A stretch of DNA of 64,000 nt from Bdellovibrio sp. (GCA_036676395.1 JAKFCY010000002.1:2528001-2592000); one strand, 5' to 3'; counted from the stretch's first letter, positions 1-10,568 are shown. The notes: a model not told the origin generated them from the sequence alone. Made by a program: numbers and translations.

Positions 1-48
1 TAATCATGATAAGAACGAATATATAGGTTTAAAAATTCGAGAGACGAA

Positions 49-201
49 TTAGTCTTTGTGAGTTTTAATTTTTTGCTCCGCTGGTTCAGCTTGTGGCCCG
101 CGTAAAAACAGATAAATAAAGACGCCGCCTAAGGCTAAGACAAAAAATAAAACGATACCTAAAGAGATTGTCGCAAATGACAGAAAATGACCGTCGTCCA
201 T
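49..201 (-). CDS. small single-TM membrane protein (hypothetical)
   Basis: One hydrophobic segment followed by a charged tail; start moved to the ATG at 201 (MDDGHF), since the longer ORF would crowd the gcvT promoter region. Confidence 0.45.
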   Translation of the reverse strand: MDDGHFLSFATISLGIVLFFVLALGGVFIYLFLRGPQAEPAEQKIKTHKD

Positions 202-261
202 ACCCGCATCATAAGTGAAAAAACTTGATTCGACGAGGCCTAACATTGTACGTTCTGACCC

Positions 262-1347
262 ATGTCACAAAAAACTCCACTTTATGCAGATCATGTAAAA
301 TTAAACGCTCGTATTGTCGACTTTGCTGGCTGGGAAATGCCCGTTCAGTACACTAGTCTTAAAGAAGAGCACACAGCTTGCCGCACACACATCGGTTTGT
401 TTGATGTTTCACACATGGGTGAGATTCGCTTCAAAGGCCCCAAGGCTGTTGAATCTCTTCAATGGTTAACGACGAACGATGTAACGAAACTAGAGCCAGG
501 ACAAGCGCACTACAGCTTATTACCCAATGATCAGGGCGGCCTTGTAGATGACATCTTTGTTTATTGTTTAGAAAAAAACGCTGACTACTTAGTTTGCGTA
601 AATGCTTCAAACATCGAAAAAGATTTCGCGTGGATGACTAAAAATAATAAAGCTGGCGCTGATATCACGAATGAATCTTCGCAATGGGGACAAATCGCCA
701 TTCAAGGACCAAAAGCTTTAGAATTATGTGATGCAATTTTTCCAGAGATGAAACCAAGCACTTGGGCTCGTAACGAAATTAAAAAATCCAAATTTCAAAA
801 CTTCAACGTGATGATCGCAACAACGGGTTACACGGGCGAAGCCGGTTGTGAAGTTTTCGTTGAAGCTGCAGGAACTTCTGCCTTATGGAATGCATTGATG
901 GAGCATCCGCTAAAACCAGTTCCAGTCGGTTTGGGCGCGCGTGATTCTTTGCGCACTGAAATGAAATACTCTCTTTACGGTCACGAGATCGATGACACGA
1001 CAAACCCTTACGAAGCACTTTTAGGTTGGGTGATTAAGCCGCAAGCTAAAGACTTTATGAACAAGGCGCAAATCGTTGCGGCTAAAGAACAAGGCCTTAA
1101 ACGTAAATTGATCGGCTATAAGACTTTAGAGCGCGGAATTCCTCGTCAAGGTTATGAGATTAAAAATGCAGCAGGTGAAGTCATCGGAATCACTACCAGC
1201 GGCACCCATTCACCGACTCTTGATGAACCGATCGGCATTGCCTACGTTGCAACTGCGCATTCGGCAGAAGGCTCTGAGATTTTCGTAGACATTCGTGGAA
1301 AGCTTGTTAAATCTGTCGTTGTTAAAACACCTTTCGTTCAAAAGTAA
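262..1347 (+). CDS. gcvT: glycine cleavage system aminomethyltransferase T
   Basis: FAGWEMPVQY, LFDVSHMG, TGYTGE, GLGARDSLRTE motifs; next to gcvH. Confidence 0.97.
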   Translation: MSQKTPLYADHVKLNARIVDFAGWEMPVQYTSLKEEHTACRTHIGLFDVSHMGEIRFKGPKAVESLQWLTTNDVTKLEPGQAHYSLLPNDQGGLVDDIFVYCLEKNADYLVCVNASNIEKDFAWMTKNNKAGADITNESSQWGQIAIQGPKALELCDAIFPEMKPSTWARNEIKKSKFQNFNVMIATTGYTGEAGCEVFVEAAGTSALWNALMEHPLKPVPVGLGARDSLRTEMKYSLYGHEIDDTTNPYEALLGWVIKPQAKDFMNKAQIVAAKEQGLKRKLIGYKTLERGIPRQGYEIKNAAGEVIGITTSGTHSPTLDEPIGIAYVATAHSAEGSEIFVDIRGKLVKSVVVKTPFVQK

Positions 1348-1376
1348 CCGTCAAAGACGGATAAATAGGAGCTATC

Positions 1377-1769
1377 ATGGCTACATTTCATATTCCTGAA
1401 GATTTTTATTACACAAAAGACCACGAGTGGGCTCAGGTTGACGAAAATATCGTAACTGTAGGTGTTACTGAATTCGCCCAAGACCAATTAGGCGAAATCG
1501 TTTACGTTGATCTTCCAGAAGAAGGACAAAAAGTAACGCAAAACCAAGCTTTCGGTGTTGTAGAATCAGTTAAAGCTGTTTCTGACTTATTTGCCCCAGT
1601 TTCGGGCACAGTTATCGAAGTCAACTCGGCTTTATTAGACGATCCTGCTTCTTTAAACGACGACCCAAACAACTTAGGTTGGTTAGTACGCATCGAAATG
1701 GACTCTGAAAAAGAATTAGCGGCTTTAATGCGCGCCCCTGATTACAAAAAGTTAATCAGCGATAAATAA
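1377..1769 (+). CDS. gcvH: glycine cleavage system H protein
   Basis: YTKDHEW and lipoyl-lysine motif ESVKAVSD; AGGAG RBS. Confidence 0.97.
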   Translation: MATFHIPEDFYYTKDHEWAQVDENIVTVGVTEFAQDQLGEIVYVDLPEEGQKVTQNQAFGVVESVKAVSDLFAPVSGTVIEVNSALLDDPASLNDDPNNLGWLVRIEMDSEKELAALMRAPDYKKLISDK

Positions 1770-1821
1770 TTATTGTTTTTTTAAATAAGGACGGTTAATT
1801 TGACCGTCTGTTTACGTCTGT

Positions 1822-1906
1822 GCCCAGTTGGTGGAATTGGCAGACACACTAGGCTTAGAACCTAGCGCCGCGAGGCATGGGGGTTCGACTCCCTCACTGG
1901 GCACCA
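1822..1906 (+). tRNA. tRNA-Leu (anticodon TAG)
   Basis: Acceptor stem GCCCAGT/ACTGGGC, D-loop GGAATTGGCAGAC, anticodon arm CTAGG-CTTAGAA-CCTAG, long variable arm, TTCGA T-loop, encoded CCA. Confidence 0.96.
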
Positions 1907-1932
1907 TTTTCTTTCTTTTCTTCTTTAAATCA

Positions 1933-2493
1933 ATGAACACATTATACTGGATCGAAGAACTACTCCCGAATGAAGTCATTTCAAAAAAAATGCCTAGCGG
2001 AGTCGGTTATTACTTAGAAGATAAGTTCATTCTTTTCTTAAGCGAAGACAGCAAAACCACTCTACATAAAGGCATCACCTACCCGTTTCAGCTTTTTTAC
2101 GGCATATTCTTTCCGATCGTAAAATTAAAGCACAACGCGGTGATCGCCAAATTTTCGTTTCTAGAAAATCATCCCGTAAAAAAAGAATGGCTTTATTTAC
2201 CGGCCGAAAATGAAAACTTTGAAGACGAAGCTAAACTTGTGCTTCGCGAAGTTTTAAAAAAGAATCCACTATTTGGAATTCCAGTTAAAGAAACTGCCGC
2301 AGAAAAGCGGGCGCGCGAAAACTCTGATGAAATTTCTGATCCACGCAAACCAAGTTTATTTAATACCGATGCTCCGAAGGCTTCTGTGAAAAAAGCACCG
2401 AAGCCAGCACCACGAAGAAAAACAAAAAAATCAAAACCCAGCAAAAAAGACGAGAACGCTTTTTTATTATCACTGACTAAACGTAAAAATTAA
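1933..2493 (+). CDS. hypothetical protein with basic C-terminal tail
   Basis: The ORF-track start lies inside the tRNA; first ATG after the tRNA is 1933 (MNTLYWIEE); Lys/Pro-rich C-terminus. Confidence 0.7.
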   Translation: MNTLYWIEELLPNEVISKKMPSGVGYYLEDKFILFLSEDSKTTLHKGITYPFQLFYGIFFPIVKLKHNAVIAKFSFLENHPVKKEWLYLPAENENFEDEAKLVLREVLKKNPLFGIPVKETAAEKRARENSDEISDPRKPSLFNTDAPKASVKKAPKPAPRRKTKKSKPSKKDENAFLLSLTKRKN

Positions 2494-3341
2494 TCACAGC
2501 TATGGGTTGCAGGGTGACCTGTCTTAATCACTGCGCGGCATACAGCTTTACTGTCTTTACCGCGGATAAATAAAAACTCAGAGGTATCTGCTGCAAATAC
2601 TTTACTTGTTGCATCCTGCATAACCCAATAAGGCTGGCCATCTAGATGCACAGCCGTTTTCACGGCTACACCTTGTTGTACATTATTCACCGGCGTTTCA
2701 TTACGAGGTGACTGCGTGCAACCAGAAATAATCACTGGCAAAGAATCAAAATGCATCAGGCTGGTGATATGATCGTGCCCCAAAATTAGAGCGGTAATTT
2801 TACTGCGGTATTCTTTTAAAATCGGACGAATCTTTACTTGAAAATCTTTTTTCTCGGTCCATTTATGTGAAGCCACTGTAAACGTTGGATGATGATAAAC
2901 TAAAAAAATTTGTTGCGCTTGTGAGTTTTGCAAATGCGATTTTAGCCAACTCATTTGCGCATCGACATTACGAGTGTTATCAGAATTTAAAACTAAATAC
3001 AAAACATCGCCACCGGCATAATCTTTAGCGAAATATTCGCCAGGCATTTGAAAAAATTTAATTTCGGCCTGATAACTTTCGTTATGGTTACCTATCGCGA
3101 TCACATCAAAGGTAAATCCGGCTTTTTTCCAAGCGCCCCATTGTTGCTCGTAAGTGCCCTCGTAAAGGTTATCACCGGGCATTATTATCTTTTTAACACC
3201 GAGCTTATTCATGGAATTTAACAGCATTTGTGTATTGTTATTCCAGCGGCCTGCGTCTCCTATGATCGAGAACTGCAGCGGCGCAGAGGCATAAAGATTA
3301 ATGGTCACGAAATACGAGAAAATAAATGCAGCTAATCTCAT
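2490..3341 (-). CDS. exported calcineurin-like metallophosphoesterase
   Basis: Signal peptide; IGDAG, PGDNLY, IGNHN, YHHP, GHDH motifs. Confidence 0.9.
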   Translation of the reverse strand: MRLAAFIFSYFVTINLYASAPLQFSIIGDAGRWNNNTQMLLNSMNKLGVKKIIMPGDNLYEGTYEQQWGAWKKAGFTFDVIAIGNHNESYQAEIKFFQMPGEYFAKDYAGGDVLYLVLNSDNTRNVDAQMSWLKSHLQNSQAQQIFLVYHHPTFTVASHKWTEKKDFQVKIRPILKEYRSKITALILGHDHITSLMHFDSLPVIISGCTQSPRNETPVNNVQQGVAVKTAVHLDGQPYWVMQDATSKVFAADTSEFLFIRGKDSKAVCRAVIKTGHPATHSCD

Positions 3342-3481
3342 TCTTACAACCCTTCCATGGTCTAGATGTAAGACTATTAACTAACGCTAATTTCGATTTA
3401 ACAAAGAAAAGCAATGCAAAGGTCTAGCCCCAGCCTGATCTTGTTTAAACGCTGACAATTTGCTGAATATTTCTTAACGAA

Positions 3482-4552
3482 CTATTTTAATTTCTCGATC
3501 CAGTTTAAGGAATCGGCTTTATAACCGTACTGGATATCCGTTAGCTCTTGATAAAGTTTTGTAGTTACATCGCCCATTTGACCGTTGTTGATTTTCACTT
3601 GCCAGTTTTTTGCAGCAAGTTCACCCACCGGAGAAATTACGGCAGCAGTTCCTGTACCGAAAGCTTCAACTAATGATCCGTTGTTGGCGCCGTCGCGAAT
3701 TTCCTGGATTTTAATTTTGCGTTCAACAATCGGAAGATTCCACTGTTTTAATACTTGGATCACTGAATCACGCATGCCACCAGCTAAGATCGTTCCATCT
3801 AATGAAGGTGTGACGATTTCGTTTTTGAAAACGAAAAATACATTCATGGTTCCCACTTCTTCAACATAAGTGCGAGTCGTGTCTAACCATAGAACTTGTG
3901 AATAATCTTTTTTCTTTGCTTCGTACGCCGCTTTTAAGCTTGATGCGTAGTTCGCAGCAGCTTTGGTATTACCCAAGCCACCCGGGCATGCGCGTGAGTA
4001 ATCTTCTTCAACCCAGATCGATACCGGAGATAAACCAGATTTATAGTATGCACCCACCGGAGATAAAATGACGAAGTAAATATATTCGCGCGATGGGCGA
4101 ACACCCAAGAAGCCTTCGCTACCGATTAAGGTTGGACGAATATAAAGCGCAGAACCTTTGTTTTCAGGAATCCACGATTGATCGATTTTAACTAATTCAC
4201 GAATACCTTGTAAGAATAATTCTTTCGGCGGAGCCACCATGCACAGACGTTCAGCGCCTTGGCACATGCGATTCCAGTTATATTCCATGCGAAATAACGC
4301 TACGTCGCCATTTTGCTGGCGAAATGCCTTCATGCCTTCAAAAAGAGCTTGCCCGTAATGCAGCACACTTGCTGCGGGATCCAATGGCAATGGCCCATAA
4401 GGAGTAATTTTGGATTCGTACCAGCCCTTATCATCGCTATATTTCGCCACAAACATATGATCTGTAAAATATTGGCCAAAACCTAAATTATTAACGTCGG
4501 GTTTCGCAAGAGGTTGCGTCGTTTTTGTGACTGAAATTGGGGCTAAATTCAT
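3482..4552 (-). CDS. ilvE: branched-chain amino acid aminotransferase
   Basis: LHYGQALFEGMKA, LYIRP, PLP lysine in KAAANY, EVGTMN, GTGTAAV; start set at MNLAP. Confidence 0.95.
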   Translation of the reverse strand: MNLAPISVTKTTQPLAKPDVNNLGFGQYFTDHMFVAKYSDDKGWYESKITPYGPLPLDPAASVLHYGQALFEGMKAFRQQNGDVALFRMEYNWNRMCQGAERLCMVAPPKELFLQGIRELVKIDQSWIPENKGSALYIRPTLIGSEGFLGVRPSREYIYFVILSPVGAYYKSGLSPVSIWVEEDYSRACPGGLGNTKAAANYASSLKAAYEAKKKDYSQVLWLDTTRTYVEEVGTMNVFFVFKNEIVTPSLDGTILAGGMRDSVIQVLKQWNLPIVERKIKIQEIRDGANNGSLVEAFGTGTAAVISPVGELAAKNWQVKINNGQMGDVTTKLYQELTDIQYGYKADSLNWIEKLK

Positions 4553-4634
4553 GGGCGTAATTAACCACACCACTGCTTGCCTTGACAAGAATTTTTATCC
4601 CCGTTGAAATGGTTATCTGTACGAGAGGAACCCC

Positions 4635-5117
4635 ATGCGTATTACATTGATTGCCCTATTGTTTGCTTTACCAGCAGTTGCACCTTTAGCACATGCCCTA
4701 GATAAACCTCAAACAATTGAATGCCCATTGAAAATGACTGTTAGCTTTAAACCTGAAAAAAATATCCCAACATTTCAATTTCGTGATTTCGAAACAGACA
4801 CTATTGAGTTCGTGTCTTTAGCGATGTTTGATCAAGATCCGAAAAAAAAGATGCAGTTAAAGCCTGATAACGGCGATGGCCCACAACCACACACCTGGAC
4901 GATTAAACCCGCAGAAGAAAAAAAAGACGATGGCACACCCGCTTGGCAAAACACGACCAGCGAAAAGCCAAAAGCAATTATTCCATGGTTAGTTTGTTAT
5001 TACGGCAAAAACAGCAAACAAATCTTCGTTAAACGTTTTGCAAAAGTTCCACAATCTTGCACAACACAAGCTGCAAAAACGAATTCAAAAGTTTTTAACA
5101 CTGTTGTCTGCCGATAA
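4635..5117 (+). CDS. exported hypothetical protein (STY0301-like Cys pattern)
   Basis: Signal peptide, four Cys, WLVCYY motif; GAGG RBS; family call tentative. Confidence 0.6.
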   Translation: MRITLIALLFALPAVAPLAHALDKPQTIECPLKMTVSFKPEKNIPTFQFRDFETDTIEFVSLAMFDQDPKKKMQLKPDNGDGPQPHTWTIKPAEEKKDDGTPAWQNTTSEKPKAIIPWLVCYYGKNSKQIFVKRFAKVPQSCTTQAAKTNSKVFNTVVCR

Positions 5118-6172
5118 TGTTAGAAATCATCGTTGTCGCATTTAGTATTTTTGCTAACGCCGTTTTATCTGGTCTTGAGATGGCGTTTGTTACTGTTTCA
5201 AAAGCACATTTAAAAAAATTAGCTGTTGAAGGATCTACTTCTGCCGCCCGTGTTTTAAAATTAAAATCAAATCCTGAACGCACCCTTTCAGTTTTACAAG
5301 TCGGCATCACTTTAGTGGGAGCCATTTCAGCAGCCGTTACGGGAGCCAGTGCCGAAGAGCATTTAAGCCCATGGATCATGTTACGTTTTGCTTTAAGTGA
5401 AGAAGTCGCTGAATCAATCAGTATCGTAGCCGTTGTGCTTCCATTAACTTATGTGAGTGTTGTGATCGGTGAATTAGTTCCTAAATCAATCGCCTTAAGA
5501 TTTCCGGTCAAGTTAGCCTTAGCGGGCGGCTTATTACTTATGGTCATGGATCGTTTCTTTGCACCATTTGTTGCGATCTTTGAATACTCAACAAAATTTA
5601 TCACGCGGATTTTATTCGCCAAAATCTCAACGAAAGAAAATGTCGATACGACTCAAGAAGTTGATCTGGATAATTTAAATGAAACTCATAAGCAGTACGT
5701 TTTTAACCTGATTGGCATCGACAAGCGCCGGGTGAAAGATGTTATGGTGCCTTGGGATCAAGTCACTACACTACAGATTAACGAACATGCGCATGATGTT
5801 TTAACAAAAATCAGAACCCAAATGTTCACCCGCTTTCCGGTCCTTAATGATGGTAAAATCGAAGGTATTTTATATATTAAAGATTTTATTGCCGAACCTG
5901 AAATGACGCTGCTTGATTGGACAAAACTTATCCGCAAAGTTGAATATTTATCCCCGAATGAGCCCATCGTTAATGCTTTAAAGAAACTGCAGCAGCGAAA
6001 AAGTCATATGGGAATTTGCCGTTCTGGTGAAAAAGTTTTAGGCATTATTACACTTGAAGATATTTTCGAAGAATTCATCGGCGATATTTACGACGAATCT
6101 GATGAAACCCAAACTTTATTATCAAGCACTTCAAAGATCAGAAATCAGAATTTTAGAACCAATGACAAATGA
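5117..6172 (+). CDS. CNNM/hemolysin C family transporter-associated protein (DUF21 + CBS pair)
   Basis: LSGLEMAF, LQVGIT, GELVPKSIA, TRFPV, GIITLEDIFEEFIGDI. Confidence 0.92.
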   Translation: MLEIIVVAFSIFANAVLSGLEMAFVTVSKAHLKKLAVEGSTSAARVLKLKSNPERTLSVLQVGITLVGAISAAVTGASAEEHLSPWIMLRFALSEEVAESISIVAVVLPLTYVSVVIGELVPKSIALRFPVKLALAGGLLLMVMDRFFAPFVAIFEYSTKFITRILFAKISTKENVDTTQEVDLDNLNETHKQYVFNLIGIDKRRVKDVMVPWDQVTTLQINEHAHDVLTKIRTQMFTRFPVLNDGKIEGILYIKDFIAEPEMTLLDWTKLIRKVEYLSPNEPIVNALKKLQQRKSHMGICRSGEKVLGIITLEDIFEEFIGDIYDESDETQTLLSSTSKIRNQNFRTNDK

Positions 6173-6557
6173 TGAAAACACCCTTTTTGAAGTTTTAGGC
6201 GGCAAAAAAACGATCGAAAAAATTGTAGATCGTTTTTACTATTTCATGGACACGTTGCCAGAAGCCAAAGACATTCGCGATCAACATGCGAAAGATTTAA
6301 CAGAGGCTAAAGAAAAATTAGTGATGTTTTTAACAGGTTGGTCAGGTGGACCGCAGCTATATATCGAAAAGCACGGTCACCCCAGATTACGCATGCGCCA
6401 CATGCCTTTTAAAATTGGCGAAAAAGAACGTGATCAATGGCTTCATTGTATGTTCAAAGCTTTAGATGATTGCCAAATTCCAGACCCGACAAAATCTGAA
6501 CTAAAGAAAAGTTTCGCCCATATTGCAGACTTTATGCGAAACCAACAGCCTACGTAG
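6162..6557 (+). CDS. group II truncated hemoglobin
   Basis: LGG..IVDRFY, FLTGWSGGPQLY, HGHPRLRMRHMPF, ERDQWL; start set at MTND. Confidence 0.93.
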   Translation: MTNDENTLFEVLGGKKTIEKIVDRFYYFMDTLPEAKDIRDQHAKDLTEAKEKLVMFLTGWSGGPQLYIEKHGHPRLRMRHMPFKIGEKERDQWLHCMFKALDDCQIPDPTKSELKKSFAHIADFMRNQQPT

Positions 6558-7764
6558 GGCCACCCGGCCCCATTGGCCCGCCAGGAAACGCGCCAAACTT
6601 AAAATTCATAAAATTAATTTTGGGACCCAAACGCGGCTCAAGATAAATACTTTTCTCTCCAGAAAAGCTATGCACCACTGAAAAGAAAATATAAACCCAA
6701 AATAACATCGAGATATCCATCAGAGTCGCACATAAGACCACGCTGGTCCATTTCAGCCGAGTGACTCCGGCAAATACAGCAAAAGCCCCCAAGGCTGAAC
6801 CAAGCAGAAAGCTCTCACCAAAAAACTGGGCCGTTACGGCGCCGATTCCACAACCTACTAAAACTAACGGCACAAACTCGCCACCAAAAAAACCAAGTGA
6901 TACGCAGAACAAAGTAAAAACTAATTTTAGCAGTATCATCTGCATATCTATTTCTGTCATCATCGCACCAGAACTGAACTTCTGCACTAAATCCAAACTT
7001 AGACTCTGCAACGGCCGTAATACAGGATTATAAAGTGCATAACCTATAGCTAAAGAAAACACTAAGGCCCAAACAATATTTCTCTTAGCGAAAAAGTCTG
7101 AAAGAAAAAAGTAACTTCTTTTATAAGCGCGAGAAAGATACCCGATCACTAAACCCAATAGAAAAATAAACACAAAACGTTTAAGCCAAGAATCAGCGTC
7201 AGGAATCACCACCGCTGATAGCAAATGTGGAAATTTAACAGACTGTAATATCAAAATCGAAATCCATGCCCCAAAAAATGTCCACACTTTTTGCGAAAAC
7301 TGCGTCGTGTACATTTCGACAAGAAAAATAAGCCCCACCCATTTATTACCGGTAATCGCAGCAAAGCCAATACTTGCTGCCACTGGCCCCCAGTAAGGAA
7401 GACTTAAATTAAATAATCTTGCAACACCTGTCGTCGCTAACACCACGACACCTTCACGGCCTACAGAAGCTCCGAACAGGTGACTTAAACTTGCTCCCAG
7501 AAAATGATAAAATGCTTTCCAGCGATTCCAAAAAAAATTTTTCGGCTCTGTCATTTCATTCATGTCTTTAACTTTGTACGGAAAATACAAAGTCTTCTTT
7601 TTTAACAGAACAGTTAAAATAAATAAAATTGGGAGGCCCAGAACAATTTGTGGGTACTCATGACGTAATTCTTCAGAAAAATCGATCACTGCCTGAAAGC
7701 CATAACTAATAGCTGCTGCAGCAACACCGAAAACAAGCGCTAAAAATAAATTCAACGGATTCAT
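6550..7764 (-). CDS. CLC family anion channel/antiporter (CLC-F-like)
   Basis: Multi-TM protein with GASVGREG and GGEFVP motifs. Confidence 0.8.
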   Translation of the reverse strand: MNPLNLFLALVFGVAAAAISYGFQAVIDFSEELRHEYPQIVLGLPILFILTVLLKKKTLYFPYKVKDMNEMTEPKNFFWNRWKAFYHFLGASLSHLFGASVGREGVVVLATTGVARLFNLSLPYWGPVAASIGFAAITGNKWVGLIFLVEMYTTQFSQKVWTFFGAWISILILQSVKFPHLLSAVVIPDADSWLKRFVFIFLLGLVIGYLSRAYKRSYFFLSDFFAKRNIVWALVFSLAIGYALYNPVLRPLQSLSLDLVQKFSSGAMMTEIDMQMILLKLVFTLFCVSLGFFGGEFVPLVLVGCGIGAVTAQFFGESFLLGSALGAFAVFAGVTRLKWTSVVLCATLMDISMLFWVYIFFSVVHSFSGEKSIYLEPRLGPKINFMNFKFGAFPGGPMGPGGPT

Positions 7765-9008
7765 GTGTTCTGTTTTCTCATATTAATCATCATATAGCCA
7801 ATGACAATCCAATAGAAGCGATCAGCCATGCCACCTAATGATAAGTGCACATGATAAATAAACAAAATCGGAATATGCGTCAGCACATAAATAGCCAAAA
7901 TTTTAAACTCTGGTGGTGCCGAGCGAAGCTTTTTAAAGCTAACAGCAATCAGCCCAATAAAACCTATAAATACCAGAACAATAAAACCAAAGCCGCCAAT
8001 GACTCCGGCTGAAACTAAAATATTATGCGGATCTTTGTTGGCATTATACTGCCCGACATCAGTTTCATTAATTTCACCAAACTTAGATAATAGCCCTTGG
8101 CCAATAATCGGACTTTTAGCAAAGATTTCATAACCCCGATCAAACTCATCAAAGCGCGAAGCCACACCATCTTGAGCCGCACGCAGACCCACAGCACTTT
8201 CACCCCGCACTAACTCAAGCGCGTAGTTACTGATATTTTGACCAAAAAGTACAGTCGCAATCACTAATGCAAATGCCACCGACACTTTAATAAATTGATT
8301 GGCCGCTTTTTTTGCTGGAAAAAACAAGAACGCCAAAAAATAACTTAAGATCACCGCAAATAATGCAGAACGTGTTCCTGTAAGAATTAAAGCTGTCATA
8401 GCCACAGCTAAACTAAGTAATAAATAAATTAAGCGTGGGCGCGAATTTGATTTAGCAAAAAGCTCATAGATTAAAAATATCGAAGCTAAGGTGGCCGTCG
8501 TTACCATATACGGGATGTGCTTAAACACCCCAATAAAGCGCCCGCCTTTAAAACTTAAAGCTGGCATCGCGATCAACAGAAGCAAACTTAAATAACAAAG
8601 AACGATGCTGATTTTTTGTGTCAGGGTGATAAATTTAATAATCGATAATTCGCTGGGTATCACACGCGCAAATAACACCACGGTAAAACACGCAGAAAGC
8701 GCTGCGCTGATTTGCAACCACCAAGGGCTGATACTTTCACCTAAGACGACTTGCACGGCTGTGATCGCCAATAAGAACAAACAAAAGACAAATAAGTAGA
8801 ATTTAAAAAAACGATTTTGCAAATAGTGGTGATTGCTCTTCCAGAAAAACTTAATCACCAACACCGAACCAATTATTATGTTAAAGAAAATATTTACGAA
8901 AGGATGTAAACCCTTTTGAAAAATAAAAAAGGATTCCTGATAAGGGAATCCCGGAATAAATCCAAATGAAACTTTAGATAAAAAAATCAGCGCGATTAAA
9001 AATAGCAT
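7761..9008 (-). CDS. O-antigen ligase/Wzy_C family membrane protein
   Basis: LTGTRSA, PIIGQG, PHNILV motifs; about 10-12 TM segments. Confidence 0.85.
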   Translation of the reverse strand: MLFLIALIFLSKVSFGFIPGFPYQESFFIFQKGLHPFVNIFFNIIIGSVLVIKFFWKSNHHYLQNRFFKFYLFVFCLFLLAITAVQVVLGESISPWWLQISAALSACFTVVLFARVIPSELSIIKFITLTQKISIVLCYLSLLLLIAMPALSFKGGRFIGVFKHIPYMVTTATLASIFLIYELFAKSNSRPRLIYLLLSLAVAMTALILTGTRSALFAVILSYFLAFLFFPAKKAANQFIKVSVAFALVIATVLFGQNISNYALELVRGESAVGLRAAQDGVASRFDEFDRGYEIFAKSPIIGQGLLSKFGEINETDVGQYNANKDPHNILVSAGVIGGFGFIVLVFIGFIGLIAVSFKKLRSAPPEFKILAIYVLTHIPILFIYHVHLSLGGMADRFYWIVIGYMMINMRKQNT

Positions 9009-9014
9009 GAATTC

Positions 9015-9527
9015 TTAGTCAGAGTTCTTTTCGATCAATACGCTTGTTAGGATGATGCTTGTGATTAAAGAAATAATTGTTACAGATTGCGCAATATCAC
9101 TAGAAATCCAAGGTTGTTTCTTAGGAATGTACACGAAATCATCTTGCGCCAACTTGAAAGGCTTAACTTCAGAAGTTGATTTCATCAATTTATTTAAATC
9201 AAGTTCGTACACGCCTTTTTGCGATGGATCAGTTTTACGAACTAAAACTTCAGTTAAATCTGCATCTCGTGTTCCGCCAGCCAAAGATACTAATTTTAAT
9301 AAATCAGTTTGTGCCGGAATGTAGTAGATACCTGGGTTTTCGACAGCGCCTAAGAGTTGAACGCTAATTAACGTTTCTTTTTGCGAAGAACGGTAAATAT
9401 ATTCAGCCGCGCGGGGTGGTTCTTTTATTTCAAAAAACGAATTCTGAGCCAAAGCAGTTTGGGTTTGAAAAAATATAGCTGCGATAACAACAGTAAAAAC
9501 ACGACTTCTTAACATAAGATTCACCAA
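9015..9527 (-). CDS. SLBB-domain protein (polysaccharide export-associated)
   Basis: VQLLGAVENPGIY..LLKLVSLAGG, LAQDDFVYIP; C-terminal TM; exact start uncertain. Confidence 0.8.
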   Translation of the reverse strand: MVNLMLRSRVFTVVIAAIFFQTQTALAQNSFFEIKEPPRAAEYIYRSSQKETLISVQLLGAVENPGIYYIPAQTDLLKLVSLAGGTRDADLTEVLVRKTDPSQKGVYELDLNKLMKSTSEVKPFKLAQDDFVYIPKKQPWISSDIAQSVTIISLITSIILTSVLIEKNSD

Positions 9528-9641
9528 CCTTCGTCTATTCTCTGGACTTTATACTGGATTATTTAAAACCAAAACAGGACTTATGGTCAACAACTTGGTC
9601 GTTGCATAAGCTATTAGTACTGCAAGCGAGGAACACTTTAC

Positions 9642-10496
9642 ATGATCGAAACTTTGAATATCCCAGAACACGAGAAGATTTTTAACGAAATTTGTCACAA
9701 GCTGAACGAATTGTCGCAAGACGAAGACCAGAAGAGCTCAAAAGACCGCGTTGTCCAATTGGACAAAATGCAGAACCAGCTGAAAAACTTCCAAATCGAG
9801 CTAGTATCGAATCACGAAGACATGAAGCTAAAAATCGATTCATTAGAGAAGATGACAACATCAAACTCTGATCTAACTGTTAAAGTTAAAGAATTAACAG
9901 ATCTTTTGAACCAAGAAAGATCTCATAATTCAAAACTATCGACAGACTTAGCAAGATCGCTGGATTTATCTTTAAAACTTCAATTAGAGATCCAAGAAAT
10001 CAAAACTAAAGCAATCCAAGCACAAATGGATGATCGTAAACAGTACTTAGAAAATTACGAAAACATTCAATTTGATTTTCAAAAAGAAAAAGGCCGTCTT
10101 TTAGACATGAATCAAGGCCTAGCTGCTGAATCAAAACAAAAAGAAGAACAAATCGAAATGTTAAGCGGCAGAATCAATGAACTTGAAACTGGCATGACAC
10201 AAATCGAAGGCACATCGCAAGAACAAGCTGAAACGATTAAACATTTAATGACAGTGGCTGAAAACAAAATCGTCGAACTAAAACTAGAAGGCGACAGAAT
10301 CCAATCAGAACTAGATAACGTACGTGGTCAGTTTGAACAATCAAGAACACAAACAGAAATCTTAAGAAAAGAAAACACAGCTCTTAAAGATTACATCAAC
10401 AAAATGACAGCGTTCCAACAACAGATCTTCGCAGCCCAAGGCCAACAACAAACAATCCAAGGCCAAGTTCAACAAGTACAACAAGCGCAAAGATAG
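9642..10496 (+). CDS. coiled-coil hypothetical protein
   Basis: E/K/Q/L heptad composition throughout, Gln-rich tail; GAGG RBS. Confidence 0.75.
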   Translation: MIETLNIPEHEKIFNEICHKLNELSQDEDQKSSKDRVVQLDKMQNQLKNFQIELVSNHEDMKLKIDSLEKMTTSNSDLTVKVKELTDLLNQERSHNSKLSTDLARSLDLSLKLQLEIQEIKTKAIQAQMDDRKQYLENYENIQFDFQKEKGRLLDMNQGLAAESKQKEEQIEMLSGRINELETGMTQIEGTSQEQAETIKHLMTVAENKIVELKLEGDRIQSELDNVRGQFEQSRTQTEILRKENTALKDYINKMTAFQQQIFAAQGQQQTIQGQVQQVQQAQR

Positions 10497-10524
10497 TTTT
10501 AAAAAAAATTAAGTTCAATTATAA

Positions 10525-10567
10525 GATCGGGGCTTTCGTCAGCAACAGACAGGACAGAGCCCCGATC
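10525..10567. terminator. hairpin between convergent genes
   Basis: Inverted repeat GATCGGGGCT...AGCCCCGATC. Confidence 0.55.
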
Positions 10568-10568
10568 G

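Noticed and set aside
1822..1906. Genomic island integrated at tRNA-Leu
   Set aside because: No integrase follows and no duplicate of the tRNA 3' end was noticed
1828..1932. N-terminal extension of the 1828-2493 ORF
   Set aside because: It is a translation of the tRNA gene; the plausible start is 1933
9528..9641. Fluoride riboswitch upstream of the CLC-containing operon
   Set aside because: No GGCGATGG..CGCC / GCTGATGAC consensus is visible
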